Assembly (NCBI RefSeq): GCF_037042905.1 | Contig: NC_087256.1 | Coordinates: forward strand, 21,886,001 to 21,950,000 | From: Lytechinus pictus | Lineage: Eukaryota | Direction: 5' to 3' | Length of the DNA: 64,000 nt | Part shown: piece by piece, positions 63,117 through 64,000 of the stretch | Numbering within the stretch: the stretch's first letter is position 1 | Layout: every line of letters begins with the position of its first letter | The notes under the pieces: model-generated | Seen by the model: the letters and a program-made list of their open reading frames with translations, nothing else | Database searches by the model: none | Told to the model about the DNA's origin: nothing | Translations under genes and position numbers: made by a program

Positions 63117-63815
63117 TGAGACTTGTCAAGGATGGATTTCCCTAGGAAATCCATATTTAGAGGGTGAAATCGGTTTGTTTCTCTTGATTTTATTATTTAT
63201 GAACCTTCATATGCCTCATGCGTATGAAGGGGTAAACAATATGTTAGCATAAATATGACTTACCAGACTTACCAGACCTATCTCGTGTAGATCCCTCGAT
63301 CCATTCGTAAACACCGCAAATACAACCCGGGGGGGGGGGGGGCACTCACATATATTGGTGGTAAGCGGGGACGCGCCGCTTTGATGACCCCCTTTTTTAG
63401 ACCTAATTTTCAGTTCTCTAGATAATCCAAATTACGAAGTTCATTTGAAACTTGATTATGAATATTGCAATAATGATTATTTATAATCAGGTTTTAAATT
63501 TTATTATTTGTTATATAATAATTTTTTCTATAATTTGTTCTTCAAAATGGCATTTTGTAACATCGCTTATCGAAGCTACGTCATAACGAAGCGGTTCAAG
63601 GGTCAAGCCTATTGTATGTGTGGTGTTTACAAATGGATCGAGGGATCTACACGAGATCGGTCTGGTAAGAAACCTCTTATTTTTCACATTACCTTCATAT
63701 GCATTAGGAGTATGAAGGTGTAGATCTATAGATAAATAAAATCAAACAAATTTACATGATTTCCATCTTCAAAGATGGATTTCCTAGGGAAATCCATCAT
63801 TGTTGACAAGTCTCA
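63117..63815. repeat. ~205-bp inverted repeat arms (63117-63325 and 63612-63815) with a spacer containing a CCCGG-terminal element fragment
   Basis: For example ttaccagacctatctcgtgtagatccctcgatccatt versus aatggatcgagggatctacacgagatcggtctggtaa. Confidence 0.85.
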
Positions 63816-64000
63816 ATTACATGCCTATGGCAAGGGTTTCAAGACTTCGTGATGAATAAGTATGTCAAAATAATATAAAATATCATCACGAAATCCTCAA
63901 GGCTAGCCTAGGGCTCGGGTCCCTCAGGAAAAATAGTAATTGCCGAACCTACATGTACCTCGGACAAAAATATTTCCACTATACTTTCTCAAACCCGATA

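Overview
This is AT-rich, intron-rich animal genomic DNA, not prokaryotic. The repeat landscape looks marine-invertebrate, probably sea-urchin-like (inference). Three spliced protein-coding genes were rebuilt by hand from GT-AG junctions with consistent phases. (1) The 5' part of BNIP3/NIX lies on the minus strand (2 exons, continuing off the left edge). (2) A complete 12-exon, 432-aa ACC-synthase-like (ACCS) PLP-fold enzyme lies on the plus strand (6674-22589). (3) A complete RRP12 with 27 coding exons (1323 aa) lies on the minus strand (62428-28082). Introns are full of MITEs (PIF/Harbinger-like, Kolobok-like TTAA, Tc1-like, hAT-like with 5/6/8-bp TSDs, Sola-like with 4-bp TSDs, one 9-bp-TSD element). 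They also hold a Helentron/DINE-1-like element, tRNA-derived SINEs, LINE fragments, a 102-bp satellite and long (TAC)n tracts with two assembly gaps. The most unusual structure is in RRP12, where two separate introns carry tandem arrays built from the acceptor plus 5' part of the next exon. The copies have gained GT donor-like sites, giving six 46-nt frameshifting and three 93-nt in-frame candidate pseudo-exons. Other points of interest are an ACCS active site lacking canonical PLP-phosphate ligands, complementary microsatellites flanking an in-frame 309-nt exon block, an AUGA-overlapping uORF at the RRP12 start, and a FOXO/HRE/CRE composite at BNIP3. No CRISPR array or prokaryotic system is present.
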